From a bacterium (GTDB lineage: Bacteria > Zhuqueibacterota > Zhuqueibacteria > Residuimicrobiales > Residuimicrobiaceae), in contig DAOQAG010000002.1 of NCBI GenBank assembly GCA_035353815.1, forward strand, positions 18,130 to 82,129: a stretch of 64,000 nt of DNA, given 5' to 3'. Under the pieces are notes generated by a model, which worked only from the letters and a program-made list of their open reading frames with translations, did not search any database and had not been told where the DNA came from. A program made the translations under genes and the position numbers. This document shows positions 60,612-64,000 of the stretch, in pieces. Position 1 is the first letter of the stretch; each line of letters opens with the position of its first letter.

Positions 60612-61589
60612 ATGAAATCAAGCGCCAAATCCATTTTACTGATCCCGGCCGCCCTGGCCCTGATCGCGCTGTTGACCCTGACGATTCGCGCCTTCACCGC
60701 AAGCAAGGTCGTCCTGACGGGCTTGATCGAGTGTACCGAGGTGGATGTCGCCTGCAAACTTCCCGGACGGATCGACAGCGTATTTGTCCAGGAGGGCACG
60801 CAGGTTCAGCGTGGCCAAGTCCTGGCGCGGCTGCAGAGCCGCGAGATCGACGCCAAGGTCGAGCAGGCGCGCGCCTTGATGACCGCCGCCCAGGCCAAAT
60901 GGGAGATGGCCCGTCATGGCGCCCGTCCCGAAGAAAAGGAACAGGCCGCCAAGGGCTACGAAACGGCAAAGCACCAGTTCGAGCTGGCGGAAAAGACCTG
61001 GAATCGCATCAGCTCGGTCTACCGCGACAGCGTCATTTCAACACAGGAGCACGACCAGGTCGAGTTCCAGTACAAGGCGGCCAGGGAACAGCTCGATGCC
61101 GCGCATGCCAGATATCAGATGGTGCTCAAGGGGGCGCGCAGTGAGGAGATAGAGGCGGCCGAAGCGCTCTACCATCAGGCCGAACAGGGGCTGGCCGAGG
61201 CGCGGGCCTACCAGGACGAGGTCCAGATCAAGAGCCCGGTGGAGGGTGAGGTCTACAAGCGCATTGTCGATCCCGGCGAGATGGTCGCTGCGGGGTATCC
61301 GGTATTTACGCTGGTTGATGCGAAGGATGCCTGGGTGGTTCTGCAAGTGCGTGAAGACCAGATGGCCTCGATCCGGAAGGATCAAGTCATGGAGGTCGTT
61401 ATCCCGGCGCTGGGCACGGGAAGTTACCCCTTCAAAGTGACCTATATTGCGGCGATGGCGGACTTTGCGACCTGGCGCGCCACCAATCAAAAGGGCGATT
61501 TCGATCTCAAGACGCTTGAGATCCATCTGCGCCCGCAGCAACCCATCGCCGGACTTGTGCCGGGTATGACCGCACGGGTGACACTTTAG
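60612..61589 (+). CDS. HlyD family periplasmic adaptor (membrane fusion protein)
   Basis: An N-terminal TM helix is followed by a biotinyl/lipoyl-like segment, a long coiled coil, and a beta-barrel domain. An RBS 'ggagg' precedes ATG 60612. Confidence 0.75.
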   Translation: MKSSAKSILLIPAALALIALLTLTIRAFTASKVVLTGLIECTEVDVACKLPGRIDSVFVQEGTQVQRGQVLARLQSREIDAKVEQARALMTAAQAKWEMARHGARPEEKEQAAKGYETAKHQFELAEKTWNRISSVYRDSVISTQEHDQVEFQYKAAREQLDAAHARYQMVLKGARSEEIEAAEALYHQAEQGLAEARAYQDEVQIKSPVEGEVYKRIVDPGEMVAAGYPVFTLVDAKDAWVVLQVREDQMASIRKDQVMEVVIPALGTGSYPFKVTYIAAMADFATWRATNQKGDFDLKTLEIHLRPQQPIAGLVPGMTARVTL

Positions 61590-61612
61590 CCAAGCAGATC
61601 GGGCACATCCCT

Positions 61613-62821
61613 ATGAACGAATATATCCAGGCTGTGGCGCGTATCATGGCACGCGAATGGCGCCGGATCGCCAGCCGTAAAAGCCTCTACCTGTTGATGA
61701 TTGTCCTGCCGGTCATTCTTTTTCTCGCGGTGGCCGCCATCTACCGGAGCGAGGTGGTCAAGGACTTGCCGGTGGCAGTTCTCGATGGCGATCACTCGGA
61801 GATCTCGCGCACCATCGTGCGCGCTGTCGCCTCGGACCGGCTGTTCAAAATCGTGGCCGAGGTCCAGTCGGTCTCCGCGATCGAGGAGGGCATCCGCGCC
61901 GGGCGGATCCAGGGGGCCTTTTACCTGCCGAAGGGCATGGAGCGGAATATCAAGAGAGGAGAACCGGCGCGGATGGTGGTGTACCGTAACCATATCAATC
62001 TGCTCTCCGGAAATATGATTTACAAGGAGGGGGTGACCATCAGTCGCACCATCTCCGCGGGCATCCTGATGAAAAAGCTGGGTTCTCGCGGTCTCGGAGC
62101 CGGGCAGGCCATAGCCTTGGCCAATCCGGTCAGTGTCGATGCGCAGCCGCTGTTCAATCCGGCCTACAACTATGCCAATTATCTGGTGCCGGGGCTGCTT
62201 CCGGCCTTGATGCAAATGCTGATCATGCTGGTGGCCGTGCTGGTGATCTCGGCCGAGTATCATGAGGGCACCCTTCCCGGGCTTTTCCGGATGGCCCATG
62301 GGCGCGCCGGGGCGGTGCTCCTCGGCAAATCGCTGCCGCATCTGCTGCTGCACGGCGCCACAGCCCTCGGATTGATCGGGATCATCTTTCCGCTCTTTCA
62401 CATCCCCGTGGCCGGCTCCATCGGCCAGCTCTTCGCCCTGATGCTGCTCTTTATCGCCGCATCGTTCTTCCTGGGGCTGATGATCTCCACTCTGGTGCAT
62501 AACCAGATGCTGGCAACCGAGGCTGCGGTATTCATCAACACCCCGGCCTTCATGTTCAGCGGCTATACCTATCCCCTCTGGGGGATGCCGGGCATCCATC
62601 AACTCTTCGCGCAGATCATGCCCTTCACCCACTTTCTCACCGCATTCATCAAGGTGTACCAGATGGGGGCACCGCTGCGGGCCTTGCGCCACGAGATCGA
62701 GATTCTGGCCTCCTTTGTCCTCATCACCGTTCTGGTCAGCTGGGCGGTGCTGCACTACCGCGGCCGTCATTTGCCGGCGCCGGGGCCGATCGCTTCTGAC
62801 CGGGAAGGAGGCGCGCGATGA
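61613..62821 (+). CDS. ABC-2 family transporter permease
   Basis: An N-terminal TM helix and large periplasmic loop precede 5 C-terminal TM helices (YhhJ/YbhS-like). The stop overlaps the next ATG (ATGA). Confidence 0.65.
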   Translation: MNEYIQAVARIMAREWRRIASRKSLYLLMIVLPVILFLAVAAIYRSEVVKDLPVAVLDGDHSEISRTIVRAVASDRLFKIVAEVQSVSAIEEGIRAGRIQGAFYLPKGMERNIKRGEPARMVVYRNHINLLSGNMIYKEGVTISRTISAGILMKKLGSRGLGAGQAIALANPVSVDAQPLFNPAYNYANYLVPGLLPALMQMLIMLVAVLVISAEYHEGTLPGLFRMAHGRAGAVLLGKSLPHLLLHGATALGLIGIIFPLFHIPVAGSIGQLFALMLLFIAASFFLGLMISTLVHNQMLATEAAVFINTPAFMFSGYTYPLWGMPGIHQLFAQIMPFTHFLTAFIKVYQMGAPLRALRHEIEILASFVLITVLVSWAVLHYRGRHLPAPGPIASDREGGAR

Positions 62822-64000
62822 TCCGCAGCAAAATCAGCGGCTGGTGGGCGGTCGTGCGCCGGGAAGTCCGCCGCATCCATGCGGACACCAATGTATTTCT
62901 CGTGATCCTGGTTGCCCCGCTTTTTTACGCCTTTTTCTATGGCTCGATTTACAGCCCCAAGAGTGAACGGGATGTGCCGGTCGCCGTTGTCGACCAGGAT
63001 CATTCCCAGGTCGCGCGCGATTTCATCCGCTATCTCGACAGCCACCAGCTGGTCCGCGTGGCCGAACCGGTGGCCGATTTTGCCGCGGCCCGCGAAGCCT
63101 TGATGCAGATGCGCGTCCACGGCATTATTTACATTCCCGAGGATTTCAGCCGGAACCTCAAGAGCGGCCGCACCGCTCATCTCCCGGTCTATCTCAATAC
63201 CAGCCGCTTCCTCATCGCCAACGACATTAGCAAGGCGGTCAATGAGGTGAGCGGTACAATGGGCGGCGCCATCCGCCTGCGCTACTTTGAGAGCGCCGGG
63301 TACAACCCGGAGCAGGCGCGCGAGATCGTCGAACCCCTCGTGGCCGAACAAAAGGCGCTCTTTAATCCCACCGACAGCTATGGCGACTTTCTCATCCCCG
63401 GATTGCTGGTGATGATCCTGCAGCAGACCTTGCTGATCGGCCTGGCTGAAAGTATGGCCCGCGAACGCGAAGATAACACCCTGAAGGATCTGTACCGGCT
63501 CTCCGGCAAGAGCACCTGGGCGGTGATGAGCGGCAAGGGATTCTTTTACTTCATGCTCTTTCTGGCCTATGCCCTCTTTTTCTACACCGTCCTCTTTGCC
63601 CTCTTCCGGATCCCGTTCCGCGGCAGCATCACGGCTTTGGCGGCTCTGACTGCGCTCTTCCTGCTGGCCGTGATCTATCTCAGCCTGTTCCTTTCTTCCT
63701 TTTTCAGCAAGAAAATGGTCGCCATGCAGTTTCTGGTTTTCACCTCCTACCCCCTCTTCCTGCTCTCGGGCTACAGCTGGCCGCTGGACGCCATGCCCGG
63801 GGTGGTGCGTGGCTTCAGCGCGCTCATGCCATGCACGCCTTATCTGCAGGCGTTTGTGCGCATCACGCAAATGGGGGCTGAGTGGCGGCATGTCGGTGGC
63901 GAACTCCTGCACCTGGCCATTCTGGCGCTGATCGGGCTGGGCATGACCCGCTGGCGGCTGCGGCGGCTGCTGCATGCCGCGGTCAGTGAAGACAAAAGAT
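62818..64000 (+). CDS. ABC-2 family transporter permease (second copy; 3' end beyond window)
   Basis: Hand-translated from ATG 62818 gives 'MIRSKISGWWAVVRREVRRIHADTNVFLVILVAPLFYAFFYG...'. The architecture matches the upstream gene. The ORF is open to the window end, so it is absent from the track. Confidence 0.55.
   Translation, partial: MIRSKISGWWAVVRREVRRIHADTNVFLVILVAPLFYAFFYGSIYSPKSERDVPVAVVDQDHSQVARDFIRYLDSHQLVRVAEPVADFAAAREALMQMRVHGIIYIPEDFSRNLKSGRTAHLPVYLNTSRFLIANDISKAVNEVSGTMGGAIRLRYFESAGYNPEQAREIVEPLVAEQKALFNPTDSYGDFLIPGLLVMILQQTLLIGLAESMAREREDNTLKDLYRLSGKSTWAVMSGKGFFYFMLFLAYALFFYTVLFALFRIPFRGSITALAALTALFLLAVIYLSLFLSSFFSKKMVAMQFLVFTSYPLFLLSGYSWPLDAMPGVVRGFSALMPCTPYLQAFVRITQMGAEWRHVGGELLHLAILALIGLGMTRWRLRRLLHAAVSEDKR

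Noticed and set aside
62767-63975. 402-aa minus-strand ORF at the window end
   Set aside because: The plus strand encodes an ABC-2 permease with clear TM periodicity, continuing the operon with an ATGA overlap.

Overview
This is a high-GC (about 65%) bacterial chromosomal window with no rRNA, tRNA, CRISPR array or mobile-element genes that I can support. Two proteins end in typical type IX secretion (T9SS) C-terminal sorting domains ('QNYPNPFN...'), and the window also encodes TolC and FadL/PorV-like outer-membrane proteins. That points to a diderm of the FCB group (Gemmatimonadota-, Ignavibacteriota- or candidate-phylum-like), but the phylum cannot be fixed from sequence alone. Gene order from start to end is as follows. 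(1) The distal part of a dcw cell-division/cell-wall cluster on the minus strand: mraZ, rsmH, ftsL, a PASTA-containing ftsI, murF, mraY, with no murE between ftsI and murF. (2) An M16 zinc peptidase. (3) A DUF192 domain fused to an isoprenylcysteine carboxyl methyltransferase (ICMT)-like methyltransferase. (4) A complete Tad/Flp pilus locus on the minus strand: two flp pilin genes (both below the ORF-track size cut-off), cpaA, tadE, cpaB, cpaC, tadG, cpaE, cpaF, tadB, tadC and a small lipoprotein. (5) DUF1015-serA-serC. (6) A secreted hypothetical protein plus an M28 peptidase. (7) A heterodimeric ABC exporter pair. (8) A GH13 amylase, an amidohydrolase and a ferredoxin. (9) A Gate-domain membrane protein, a LysE exporter and a cytoplasmic C1 peptidase. 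(10) A T9SS cargo protein with a recent internal tandem duplication. (11) An SGNH-TPR membrane protein. (12) A tightly packed four-gene outer-membrane operon: a SusC-like plug/barrel protein without SusD, a 757-aa secreted protein, a PorV/FadL-like barrel and an IPT/TIG-NHL lipoprotein. (13) Three glycoside hydrolases: a clan GH-A/GH51-like enzyme with a T9SS tail, a GH2 beta-galactosidase and a GH31 enzyme with a PA14 domain. (14) TetR, TolC, HlyD and two ABC-2 permeases. The four-gene outer-membrane operon together with the three hydrolases is the best candidate for an undescribed system: a non-canonical, SusD-less polysaccharide-utilisation-like locus or outer-membrane complex. Many long antisense ORFs in the track are GC artefacts and were rejected.
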